A stretch of DNA of 63,794 nucleotides, filler included, from Bigelowiella natans CCMP2755 (Eukaryota > Protista > Cercozoa), in the NCBI GenBank assembly GCA_000320545.1. It is 7 parts of 7 records of this genome, joined end to end, with 100 filler letters (N's around TTAATTAATTAA, not from the genome) between each part and the next. Parts side by side here need not be neighbours in the genome. Positions count along the whole stretch, not along the records: positions 25,667 to 53,875 come from ADNK01000707.1; 6 more parts are not named here. One strand, 5' to 3'. This document shows, in pieces, positions 25,850-36,306 of this stretch; positions within the stretch are counted from its first letter, which is position 1, and each line of letters starts with the position of its first letter. The position numbers and the translations under genes are program-made. The notes beneath the pieces are model-generated. The model did no database searches. It was not told the origin of the DNA and was given only the letters and a program-made list of their open reading frames with translations.

Positions 25850-26830
25850 CTACTTGTCATCACAGGATGGCGGAGCAAGGGCAAGAGGCAACAAAAGTCG
25901 AATGTCGCCGCGGATGCTACCGTTTCGTTGTTCGCGCCCTCCTCCTCAGCCGCGAATCGCCCCTCCTCGAGCGTCGTAACCTCCGGAATTGTGGGTGATA
26001 GCGCCTCGACGCTTTCTAAAGGAAAGGCGGGGAACTCAGCACAGCAGCATCGCAGTGCCGTCGGTGCGTGTTGCCCTGACACGATGAATCTTTCTAATAA
26101 CACTTCACATATTGATCCAGTATTCAATGTTGGGGGGTATAGAACTGTGTGCTGGATGGCTTTGTTGATACCCTGTCGCTGATCCCCTCTCCCTCCTTCC
26201 CCTCCCCCCCTCCCCCTCCCCCTCCCCCTCCCTCTCTCCTTCGTTCTTTTTTTTTTGGTATCTTTCCTCTCCCCTTCCTCTTTGTCACCGTCGTTTTCCT
26301 CAGGTGGCGACGAGAAGACGAAGAAGCAAAAAAAGGAGGACTTCGGTAGGAGTGAAAGATTATAGTAAATAACCAAGTCTATTGGTAGCATAAATGTGTG
26401 CTTATGTTGAAGAAATCGTACTTTTGAAAACATGATCTCTTATACAGCTACTCTAGGTTCTAAGGTGTATTTATTCTCCCCCCCCCCTCCCCCCACTAGA
26501 TCCTTTTGACAAGCTGCTCGAGGAGCGTGTGTATAAAGTGTGGTCAAGTGAGGAGGTGGAGATTTTAAGGGAATGTTGCGAGGACTTGTTAGTCGTCTCC
26601 GAAGGTACTGTGACAAGCTCCTCCCAATAGCGATTGAGCAAAATCCCGAATTATGTTCATAAGAGAGGCAGTCGTTGTTGAAACTTGCCCTGTGGTATGA
26701 TAGTTTCTTTTTGTTTTCTCGAGCTGCTGCATTGTCTTCCACATGACTATGCGGCGCCGTCGATATGCCCGCATCTTCTTCCTCAACAACTCTTAGCATT
26801 CATGATTCTTCGGCTTTGGAATGTGGGATA
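25850..26830 (-). CDS. Hypothetical protein exons
   Basis: Protein-like segments GSICEVLLERFIVSG...FCCLLPLLRHP and MLRVVEEEDAG...LRRRLTSPRNIPL; no family recognised. Confidence 0.3.
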
Positions 26831-27012
26831 TACGATTTGACGACGTGCGTGCGTGTTTGCTGTTGTTGTTGTTGTTGTTGTTGTTGTTGTATTTCACATC
26901 TGGGTAGATTCATCAGTGAGTCGGAAGCGACCAAGTAAGTTATTGTATTGCTGTTTGTTGCATTAGTGCAGAAGAAGAAGAAGAAGAAGAAGAAGAAGAA
27001 GAAGAAGAACAA

Positions 27013-27051
<39 letters not shown>

Positions 27052-27279
27052 TCTCCCATGATCGACAAGAAAAACACATCACTGACATACGAATGCAAAC
27101 CGCACTTGGGGCCTCCACAACGCCTACGAGTGTACTCGAAAGCTTCCGAAGCGGCTTTTTAACTCATTAATGTGCAAGCGCTGGCAGGAAAGAACCCCCA
27201 CAGATTTTTGTGTCAATAATTAAAACATCTGGTAAGATTCATTCTCACATCCGCTCCTTCCTCCTTCCCTCGCCCCTCC

Positions 27280-28703
27280 TCCCTCAAAGACTACCGCGAA
27301 ATCCAAAAGAAGCTGTGCCTGGCCACGCGCAAGGTCATTTCCTTTGCATTTGCTGGGGGGGGGGGAGAGTAGATTGGAAGAATAGTGAGTATACCGTCCG
27401 TCGTTGTTGTATTTATCATCAAGCGTCGTCGATATCAATCATTCTCGTAGCAGCTGTCTAACGGAGGATGATGGTTGACTTATTGCCTGTTACGCTCCCC
27501 TTTTCTTCTGCTTATTGGGTGTTTCAAATAATAATGGTGATAATATTAATATAATAATCATAGTAACAAGGATTGAAAGTGGTAGTAGCGAATTTCTACT
27601 GATTTGAATGCCACCGGGGAATCATTGACGTTCTCCACGCCAAGCACTTCTGAGAAGTTTGCGTTTGTTTGTTTGTTTGTTTGTTTGTTTCCTCCTGCCA
27701 TACGTCTTCTCCGTCAGGAACCGATCCCAGTGACCAAAATCCGAGATAAGTTTCGTCGCATCCGCCTTGCCGTAGAGGCGGAGATGCGGGAACGTTTGAA
27801 GGGGGGGGGGGGGCGACCGTGATTCTGAGCCGGAGAGGCAAGGGGGGCAAGGAAAACACGCTCAATATCACGAACATTACGGTCAAGAGCAAGAGGCCAA
27901 AGGCCGAAGGCGGCAGCGACCACAGCAATTTAAGGTTCGGTCTTCTTCCTCATCGCCCAGTCGTCTTCAGCATGCATATGCTGGGGAGCACGGGGAAGAC
28001 CCTATATTGCCATATGCTGCTCAGAGAAGGCGGGGGGGTGGCAGTAGCAAGCGGGCTAAGCTGCACTACCCCCACCACCACCATGATGATGAGCAGCACC
28101 AGCATGAGTACAGCTACCAATCCTCTTCTTCTCGCCCTGTGTATACCACGCACCAGCAGCACTCTGCAGCAGCAGGGCAAGACGTCCGTAGCAGCTTTCA
28201 TCCGTACCACTCTCCCTACATGCAGCAGGGGGTGAGCGGGGAGGGCGATGGGAGGTACGATACGCCGTATCGCTATCATCGTCAAGACTACCATATTCCG
28301 CACCGACCACAGCGCCGGCAGCTACAGCAGCAGCCCGGCCGTTCTTTGCTCCACGATGGGTACTACGTCAACTATATGGAAGAGACGGGTTTGGATGGAC
28401 GCCTTCCGATCGCTGAGGAGTTTGACGATGATGATGATGAAGAAGAAGAAGATATCCACGAATACAGGGGGGGCGATGATGGGCGTCGTCACTACATCCA
28501 CCGCTCAAGAACGCAACACGATCTCTCCCCTCGCCAGTACTATTCGCAACAACAACGACAACAACAGCAGCAATATCAGCGAGTGTATTACGCGGAGGGT
28601 CAAGAAGACGCGCCGCTTGCAAGGGAAAGCGATTACCGTCACCAGAGCCTCAATGAGACGCAATACTATGCGTATGATAGCAAGGTTCTTGGCACGCATC
28701 TAC

Positions 28704-28740
<37 letters not shown>

Positions 28741-29210
28741 TCTTTCCACACTAATATATACAATTTTCGTTTCTCAATTTTGAAGGAAGAGGTTCCATTA
28801 CTGCGAATATCTAGGTTCCTCCCCTTTTTCCTCCGATCAAGTATCTCACGACTGTCCTTTCCCCCCCCTCCCCAGGATGTGATGAAAGAGGACGGAGACG
28901 GTGAATATTACCCCTACGAAAGGGAAGGGGGGGGGGTGTCTTGGCGTGGTGGTGGTGCAGGTGCAAGTAGGGGCACTGCCTCTTCCCCCTTGGAATCTAA
29001 GCAGCGACAGCAGCAGCAGCAGCAGCAACAACAACAACAGCAGCAGAGAGGAAGGCGTTTCGAACGGTTTCAGAGAATATCTGCTTCTGGAAGGTAATGC
29101 TACTCTCCACTCTCCATTTGATCCGTTGCCGGTGGTCCAGAGGGTGTGACCACCGGCTAGCTTTCTGGGGGGGTTTAAATAAGTGAATAATACATTACAC
29201 ACACGCGAAC

Positions 29211-29242
<32 letters not shown>

Positions 29243-29247
29243 GTACA

Positions 29248-29278
<31 letters not shown>

Positions 29279-29785
29279 TTATATTTATCCATTCGTATTT
29301 GAATGCGTTTGTGGGATGTGTTTCGGGGGATCTCGCAGATCTTTACGTGTGACAGAGCAGATAAAGTCGCCGGAAGAGGAGCTTTTTGATGCAATTGATG
29401 TGAACAACGATGGAAGATTCGACGAAGTAATAAAGGAACTATATATGTTAGATTTATCTAAAATATGTACGCTTTCAAACGTACTTCTTTTAATGATTTC
29501 ATACTATGTTCTCCAAAGTGCTTTCCAGTGCCATTCATGGAACTAAATGCTCATCACTCGAACGTTTGTAGGTTGACTTATGTTGCTTCTGTGCAACCCA
29601 GGGCATATATCTTTCGAAAAACGAGGTCATTGAAAACAAGAGTATGCATGTATTTGCGCGACATCCTAATTCATCCATTCCTTCAAAACAAATTCAAACA
29701 GATGAACCCGCTGATTGAGTCGGTGGTCGGAGTGAACGCAAAACTGGAAATCAGAAAGATGGATTTTCTGCGCACTGTCAGGTAG
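27280..29785 (+). CDS. Hypothetical multi-exon protein with low-complexity His/Gln/Tyr-rich region and a C-terminal EF-hand-like motif
   Basis: EPIPVTKIRDKFRRIRLAVEAEMRER; long exon ~27940-28683; EEELFDAIDVNNDGR (EF-hand loop, ~29375-29415); terminal exon ending ...RKMDFLRTVR*. Confidence 0.4.
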
Positions 29786-30060
29786 TGATTAGGTGGGAGA
29801 AAGTGAAAGGGGAGGGACATCATCGCAACACAAGAGCACTAAAATACACTGTCAATTCGAGAGGCGCAAAGTGCAATTATCTTATTTGATTTGATTGTTT
29901 GTGTAGTGAATTGTACATGGCGTGCGCGTATGCGAGTGGACAAAAACCTGTGTTTTACTTAATCGAGCTTCCCTTTTGTGTTGGGGACATGTTCTGACGG
30001 TGTGATGCTTCATTGCCGATCCCTATTCATTTTCTCGCCATCATCAGGAACCCGCACCAT

Positions 30061-30916
30061 CCTTTCACTTCGTTCCTCTTGCGAACAGACATGGGACAAC
30101 GATGCCTGGCAATGCGTGCTTCAGCGGGTAACCAGCAATGATCTAGACGCTGATTCATCATTGCACTCATCAAGCAAGATGTGTGAACATGAGTGAGGTG
30201 TGTCCACATCCATTGCCATGCGCAATGATTGTGCAACAACAGACACGCTAACAGAGCGCTAGACACGCGCGCATCCATGCGACATGCGCTAGCTAGCTAG
30301 TGCTGTGCGCAATTGTTAGATCTGTCGCGTCTCATTCGATCGTGGTCATCACGCACGTCAGTGAACAATTGACAATGTGGCTAGCTAGCAGGCATGCGCA
30401 AGTGCGTGCACGTGTGGACCGCCGCGTCCATTGTCAATGACTTGTGTTTCGTCTGCAATGTTTTCACTCACATGTACGTGTGTTCAGCTAGCTGGCTAGC
30501 AAGGACGTGCCATGCTAGCATGCCAGCGTGCGGTCGACCCTCCCTCTCTAGCTCTCCCCTGCTGGCCTGCTGGCCTGAGGAAAAGCTGGAAAGGTCATGT
30601 GAGGACAAGTCTGGAAGTGGACATGAGCTAGATGAGTGACACTGCACATGTGAAACTTGTGCCAGGAAAAGTTGAGGTGAACCGAACGCAAAGGAAAAAA
30701 GGTGAACAGACCGCGCCAGCGTGGACGCGACGCTGCTCGAGGCGGTCTGGCAGTGCTGTCTTGCATCGCACGTTTCGCCGACCACACTGGCACGACACAA
30801 ACAAACGGCGGCCAATTTGGTGAACGAATGAAGCGTCATGACATCCACCAACAACCACACGCGCACCACCAGGCTGGCAGAACAACAGAACAGGGAAAAA
30901 AGGAAAAAGTGCTTCA
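30061..30916. other. Second TpA-depleted/CTAG-rich patch (target of the LTR insertion)
   Basis: By-eye count of 16 TA in 856 nt, 12 in CTAG; none in 30631-30916. Confidence 0.75.
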
Positions 30917-31242
30917 TGTAGCGCGTACCACTACGCGGGCACAAGTCACGTGCGACAACAAAGGGGTTGTCGCGGATATAGAATATAGATAACGTAGATA
31001 TTAATACAGCATAGGCACGTGGGTTCCGGCGGGACTCATGGCAGCACACCGGAAGTGTGCTGCCCCACGTGCGGCGGCATTCGCGAAAGCTTCGCGAATG
31101 ATTACGCAGTGCACGATTTAATAAAAATATAATCTTTAATAAAAATAAACACAACTCTTCAAAAGGAAGCAAACGTGCCTTTCCCCCCCCCTGCCTACTT
31201 GTGCACGTAGCGCCTCGGCCTGTGAACACCTTACGCGCAACA
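30917..31242 (+). repeat. 5' LTR (326 bp)
   Basis: TGTAGCGCGTA...TACGCGCAACA terminal inverted repeat; TATA-like tract ~30976-30990; AATAAA signals ~31120-31149; identical to 36307-36632. Confidence 0.97.
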
Positions 31243-31247
31243 ACCTT

Positions 31248-31265
31248 TGGCTTCCACACACGGGA
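31248..31265 (+). promoter_or_regulatory. Putative primer-binding site
   Basis: TGGCTTCCACACACGGGA, 5 nt after the LTR end; starts with TGG (complement of tRNA CCA). Confidence 0.5.
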
Positions 31266-31281
31266 AACGATTTGACTAACA

Positions 31282-34200
31282 ATGTCACAGCAGCTAGAAG
31301 AACAGCAGGACTTTGGCTCGCAGGCCGTGCAAGGGCACGAGCAGAAACAGGAAAGGAAGGGCGATACGGACGCTAAGGAAGGAGGAGGAACACCTCCACA
31401 GGCACCGCCGGGACCAGCACCCGGGATTAAGAAAGCAGATGCAGCAGCAGAGGCACTGGAGAACTTCTACGAGGCGGACGACGAGGACGTGGCCGCCGAA
31501 AGCAAGAAGGTCGTAATGGCATTACGAGCCTTGCGACCCAGGGCGAGCAACTACGCCAAACTGAAAGTATCGATAGAATACAAGTATCAGACACATGATG
31601 TTTGGGCAGCTATCATGCAGGACATCATGGATTACGAAGCAGACTTACCTCCAGAGTGGGCAGCTTTGTTTAGGAACGACGGGGGTCTGGGCGCCTCGCG
31701 GGGGACGACCCAGAGCACCGTCAAGCAGCAGCAGCCGGTACAGCGGAACACCCAGTTCATGTCTGTTAAAACAGCACCGGTTATGATAACGAAATACAAC
31801 GGGAAAAGAGGTGAGGCAAGGAGGTGGTGGAAGAACGCTAGGAGTATACTCTGCGACTTTACCCCTAACCCCACCGAAAACGACAAGCTCAAATGGCTAG
31901 CTATAATAAAGCAAGCCATGGACCTTTACGAGACAGGCAGGACCCGGATCAGGCAGCTAGAGAAAATACACACTACAGTTAGTGGGCTACGAGACGTTGA
32001 GGCGATAATGAAGGCTTTTGTAAATGAACAGGATGCTAACTCCCTACCCCAGGCTATTAGAAAATACAGAGCAATGATGCAGCATGAGAGAGAACCTGTT
32101 AGAGACTTTGCCACGCGCTTCCAGGATATGATCGACGAACTACATGATTTTAATTACAACACAGGTGATGATCAGGCAAGGTTTGAAGAGTTCAAGTTAA
32201 AGATAAAGGAACCCACTTACGTTACGGAGAAAGGCTACACCACGATGGAGGCAGCAGTGCAGGCTATATCCCTACGCGAGCAGGAGCAGGACCGCAAGTT
32301 TACCAGCCCTAAGGTACCTGGCATAGGAAACATTAACGCTATTAAGCCGCAGCGAGACTGGTACAAGGACAGGGAAGGTAACCGACGTTGCGGATACTGC
32401 TCACGTAAAGGGAAACACACCGCTAAAGACTGCAGAGACAGGAAAGAAGGACGACCCAGGATGACGATCAGGCAGCTCAACGAACACTACGAGAAGTTAA
32501 AGAGAAAGAAAGGCAGAGGACAAGGATATAACAACAGCAAATGGCAAGGCAGCAACAACGGGAAGAACAATAAATATAAGAACAAAAAGCAGAACAGTAT
32601 CAATGCTATACAGCAGCAGATAAACGGAATATTAGATCACCTTAAGCAGGCGCCGACGAAGACAGCAGTACCAGCAACGCAGGACCAAGACAAGCCCATG
32701 ACCCTAGACGACATAAAGAACTTAGGAGTATGCAACATTAATGACGAAGACGCTAACAGGACTATCAAAGTTGCTATGACCAAGGTTAAAGTTAAAGACA
32801 GCTACGGAGACTACAAGAAACTACCTGCCCTTTGGGATAGTGGCAGCATGCCGAAGTCCTTCATAAGCCTAAGCACAGTAAGAAGGTTAGGACTATTGGA
32901 TCAAGTGACTAAGAAAGAACGTAAATATGCTCAAGCAGACGGAAGCTCTTCCATGAAGACCGTCGGTGAGCTAATGCTAAAGCTACAGATACCTGGCAGC
33001 GACGCGGAGACCCAAATCAAGACCCGAGTAGCCATGACTTTATCCATGGAACTACTCCTCGGACAGGATGCCCTAGAAAAATTAGGGGGGATCATATCAT
33101 TCTACAATCACAAGATATACTTTGCTAAGTTGCCAAAGAAGTCAGGCAGGACCATCAGCCAGAACATGATACGGCTTGACGAGTGGACCTCTGAGTCAAG
33201 CGTTAATGCGTTAGAGTTTATGGACCTAGCGGACAACAAGCTACCTACACCTACCGAGCTACGGAAGAAGAACCCCGGCAAGACCATCCGACAGATAACG
33301 GAGCTACTGGACAAGACCCCCCCAGCTGATGATTGGGATATCGACAAAGGCAAAAAGTACATTAATAAAATATTAAACGAGAAGTACTCTGACATCACCA
33401 AGCCGACGACGAAGCCCTCCAGCAAGCTTACCCCAGTAAAGATCGAGCTAAAGAAGGGATACGAAGAGTGCATCATCAATGACCCAGAACATAGGCGACC
33501 GGAAGCGGACTGGGAAAAGATAGAGTGGCAGATCAATGAATGGGCAAAGGAAGGGAAGATAGAGCCAAGCAACTCACCATGGAACGTGAGACATGTGCTA
33601 GCTAAGAAACCTACTTACCCTTTCTTCCGCCTGGCGCACAACTTCATCCGCCACAACCGAGTAATAAAGAGGATCCAGACACCTACACCAAGGATAGATG
33701 ACGTTATTGAACACGTCATAGGATACAAATACTACTCTTCCCTAGATAAAAATGAATCATACATGCAGACACCCATCCACAAAACCTCCCGCCCCATTAC
33801 CGCGTTCTCCAGCAGGCACAGGAAGTGGCACTTCGTCGTATTCCCTTACGGCCTAAGCATATCAGGGGATGCGTTCAGTAGTCAGAACTACAGGGCATAC
33901 ACACATGATGGGATGGCGTCTGTGTTGTGGGTGTTTGTGTTTGTGTATGTGGATGATGACATAATATGTACCAACACAGTCGTCGCTCAGATCTTCCTCC
34001 TGGAAAATATATTTATTAGGTTTGCACACTTCGGTTTTACTATTAGACTGCAGAAGTGTACATTCCTAGCTACAAGAATCAAGTGGTGTGGATATTACCT
34101 GGAGCAAGGCCGCATCACCCCAAACCCCGAGAAAGTAGCAGCACTACAGCAAGCCCCTAAACCTAAGAATGCAAAGGAGTTAAAGTCATTCTTGCAGACT

Positions 34201-36255
34201 GCAGCTTGGATACTACGTAGGTTCTCCCCTACCTACGCTAGGACTGCAGCTGCTTTTACTACTGCTTACCGGAAGGAGAACTCTGTAGGCCTCAGCTTCG
34301 CTAAGGTGTGGGCCAAGGCTGGCCTTGATGCCCACTTCGATAACCTAATAAAGTTATGCAGCAACACCCTATTGAATGCTAAGCTAGACACTACTAGACC
34401 AGCTACCCTATGGACAGACTGGTCTAAGCTAGGTATGGCTGCTGTACTTACCCAAGACCAGCAGATCATACGGGTGTGGGGCAGGGCCTGCACAGCAGCT
34501 GAGGCCAAGTACAGCCCTACAAAAGGAGAGTATAAAGCCATGACTGAGGCGCAGAGGAAACTAAGATACTACCTGCTGTCGGTGCCCAGCTTCACCTTAA
34601 TGACTGACCACAAGCCCCTCCTAGGCATCGACCGCAAGCTCGAAGCGCCTAACGATGAGTATGCAGCTATGAGGGCGGACACGGAAGAGTTTAGGGACAA
34701 GAGGACAGTGGTCTACGCACCAGGAGACAAGCAGCTTGCTGACTATTTCAGCAGGCTGTTCGAAAAGAAAGTCCCTACCCAGGTCACCCCTATGGTTAAC
34801 GCGATTACCTTCGAGGACGGCGACTTCCTGCCTGAGCCAGAGGAGCTCCAGCACCTTCAAGAACACCTGGATAAATACAAACACAAGCATGAGGTACTTA
34901 GTGATAGGATATATGTATACACTAATAATGTTAGGCGTACCTACGTGCCACGGCGGACCAGGGGAGCCCTTCTCTTTACCGCCCATGGACCTGCACACGT
35001 AGGAGAAAACCATATCACTGCTCTACTCTACCATTACTACTGGCCCTACAAGCTAAAAGAGATAAGGACATACCTGCGTGGCTGCAGGTGCTCCAGCTTG
35101 AAGGCGGCAGGCGTCGCCACCAAGGAGTCCAGCAAGAGCCGTGCATCTAAGAAAATCAAAGCAAGGAACTTCTTAGATATCGTGCAAATTGATGTTTATA
35201 AGTACGATGGCTATCACTACCTTACCTTCGTTGATGTGGCCACTGGAAAGTGCTGGGTTAAAAAGATTATCAAGGTCAACGTTGCTAAGAAGAACAAAGG
35301 CTTATATAAGCAGAGGCTTACTAACTGCTACCGTACCTGGGAGTCTGAGCTCCAGGCTATCCCTGATGAAGTTAGCATAAACAAGATACCAAAGAAGTTA
35401 CATGTGGATAATGAGACCTCTCTTCTACAGCTACCACACCCTAATATTGATGCCTCACCTGTATACTATGCCCAGTCCAACTCCAAGGTAGAGCGACTCC
35501 ACCGCACCTTGGCCAACCTAAGCAGGATAAATAGCACCACACCAGACAAGATACAAGGGTTAGTAAACGACACCTTCACGTCTGGGGGAGGTATCAAGGA
35601 TAAGGAGAGGGAAGAAGGCGACGACAACGACGACGATACCGAGAGCGAAGACGAGAAGGTCCCGTACGATGGCCGAGTTCTAAAGGAAGGACAGTATGTT
35701 AGGGCCAAGGTAAATCTGAGATCGAGAAATAAACAAGACCCCTTCTGGGGTGGCGTTGCAAAGGTTACCGAGAGGAAGGGGAGGAAGCAGTACTACATCT
35801 ATGATGGGAACAGGGTCACCTTGCGCCACATCAGTCACCTAAAGAATTATGATATCGGTGAGAAGCTCCTAGAGGATGTTAAAGTAAACCCTACTGTGTG
35901 GGAGCGAGCAATGCCTTGTTTAGGACCCCGACCTAAGTTCGATGTGGAATATGGAAACAATAAGGTCAGGGTGAACGACGATTGGCGCATGAAGATTGTC
36001 TATCTAGGCTACCCTGGATTACGAAATATGGAGAGGGTAGCTATGAAAATAAAGGACGGAAAATATCAGCTACTCTACCTAGCTGTTCCCGACTTACCCT
36101 TTGAGCACTGGTATAAGGTCCTGGGGGACCTTGATGCAGAGGGCTGGTATGGACACGAACCTAAGGACGAAGGTGAGTTCTGGGTAAGCGACAAAGGAGA
36201 TAAGGTTAGAGAGGAATCTATTACCTGGTGGTTGGTGAAGTTCCGAAAGCGATGA
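31282..36255 (+). CDS. Gag-Pol polyprotein (Gag, zinc knuckle, aspartic protease, RT, RNase H, integrase, SH3/GPY-F-like tail, C-terminal adenine-MTase-like domain)
   Basis: 1657 aa uninterrupted: CGYCSRKGKHTAKDC; ALWDSGS; IEPSNSPWN, YSSLDKNESYMQ, FPYGLS, YVDD; LWTDWS, YSPTKGEY, TDHKPL, LADYFSR; IVQID...LHVDNE...SNSKVERLHRTL; LKEGQYV...PFWGG...RHISHLKNY. Confidence 0.95.
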   Translation: MSQQLEEQQDFGSQAVQGHEQKQERKGDTDAKEGGGTPPQAPPGPAPGIKKADAAAEALENFYEADDEDVAAESKKVVMALRALRPRASNYAKLKVSIEYKYQTHDVWAAIMQDIMDYEADLPPEWAALFRNDGGLGASRGTTQSTVKQQQPVQRNTQFMSVKTAPVMITKYNGKRGEARRWWKNARSILCDFTPNPTENDKLKWLAIIKQAMDLYETGRTRIRQLEKIHTTVSGLRDVEAIMKAFVNEQDANSLPQAIRKYRAMMQHEREPVRDFATRFQDMIDELHDFNYNTGDDQARFEEFKLKIKEPTYVTEKGYTTMEAAVQAISLREQEQDRKFTSPKVPGIGNINAIKPQRDWYKDREGNRRCGYCSRKGKHTAKDCRDRKEGRPRMTIRQLNEHYEKLKRKKGRGQGYNNSKWQGSNNGKNNKYKNKKQNSINAIQQQINGILDHLKQAPTKTAVPATQDQDKPMTLDDIKNLGVCNINDEDANRTIKVAMTKVKVKDSYGDYKKLPALWDSGSMPKSFISLSTVRRLGLLDQVTKKERKYAQADGSSSMKTVGELMLKLQIPGSDAETQIKTRVAMTLSMELLLGQDALEKLGGIISFYNHKIYFAKLPKKSGRTISQNMIRLDEWTSESSVNALEFMDLADNKLPTPTELRKKNPGKTIRQITELLDKTPPADDWDIDKGKKYINKILNEKYSDITKPTTKPSSKLTPVKIELKKGYEECIINDPEHRRPEADWEKIEWQINEWAKEGKIEPSNSPWNVRHVLAKKPTYPFFRLAHNFIRHNRVIKRIQTPTPRIDDVIEHVIGYKYYSSLDKNESYMQTPIHKTSRPITAFSSRHRKWHFVVFPYGLSISGDAFSSQNYRAYTHDGMASVLWVFVFVYVDDDIICTNTVVAQIFLLENIFIRFAHFGFTIRLQKCTFLATRIKWCGYYLEQGRITPNPEKVAALQQAPKPKNAKELKSFLQTAAWILRRFSPTYARTAAAFTTAYRKENSVGLSFAKVWAKAGLDAHFDNLIKLCSNTLLNAKLDTTRPATLWTDWSKLGMAAVLTQDQQIIRVWGRACTAAEAKYSPTKGEYKAMTEAQRKLRYYLLSVPSFTLMTDHKPLLGIDRKLEAPNDEYAAMRADTEEFRDKRTVVYAPGDKQLADYFSRLFEKKVPTQVTPMVNAITFEDGDFLPEPEELQHLQEHLDKYKHKHEVLSDRIYVYTNNVRRTYVPRRTRGALLFTAHGPAHVGENHITALLYHYYWPYKLKEIRTYLRGCRCSSLKAAGVATKESSKSRASKKIKARNFLDIVQIDVYKYDGYHYLTFVDVATGKCWVKKIIKVNVAKKNKGLYKQRLTNCYRTWESELQAIPDEVSINKIPKKLHVDNETSLLQLPHPNIDASPVYYAQSNSKVERLHRTLANLSRINSTTPDKIQGLVNDTFTSGGGIKDKEREEGDDNDDDTESEDEKVPYDGRVLKEGQYVRAKVNLRSRNKQDPFWGGVAKVTERKGRKQYYIYDGNRVTLRHISHLKNYDIGEKLLEDVKVNPTVWERAMPCLGPRPKFDVEYGNNKVRVNDDWRMKIVYLGYPGLRNMERVAMKIKDGKYQLLYLAVPDLPFEHWYKVLGDLDAEGWYGHEPKDEGEFWVSDKGDKVREESITWWLVKFRKR

Positions 36256-36298
36256 AGGTCTAAGGGAATAAGGAAGGAAGGAAGGAGCAACGTGACTT

Positions 36299-36306
36299 GG
36301 GGGAGG
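36299..36306 (+). promoter_or_regulatory. Polypurine tract (GGGGGAGG) abutting the 3' LTR
   Basis: Purine run immediately 5' of the LTR TG; an extended purine-rich tract at 36262-36287 precedes it. Confidence 0.85.

Noticed and set aside
31015-31072. Hammerhead-ribozyme-like look on the minus strand of the LTR (CTGCCATGAGTCC...GGAAC)
   Set aside because: Core CUGANGA and GAAA boxes are not intact; kept only as a generic structured-RNA finding.
30468-31259. 263-aa antisense ORF overlapping the LTR (and its 125-aa twin at 36260-36637)
   Set aside because: It runs from the LTR into unrelated TA-depleted flank; open only because stops are scarce.
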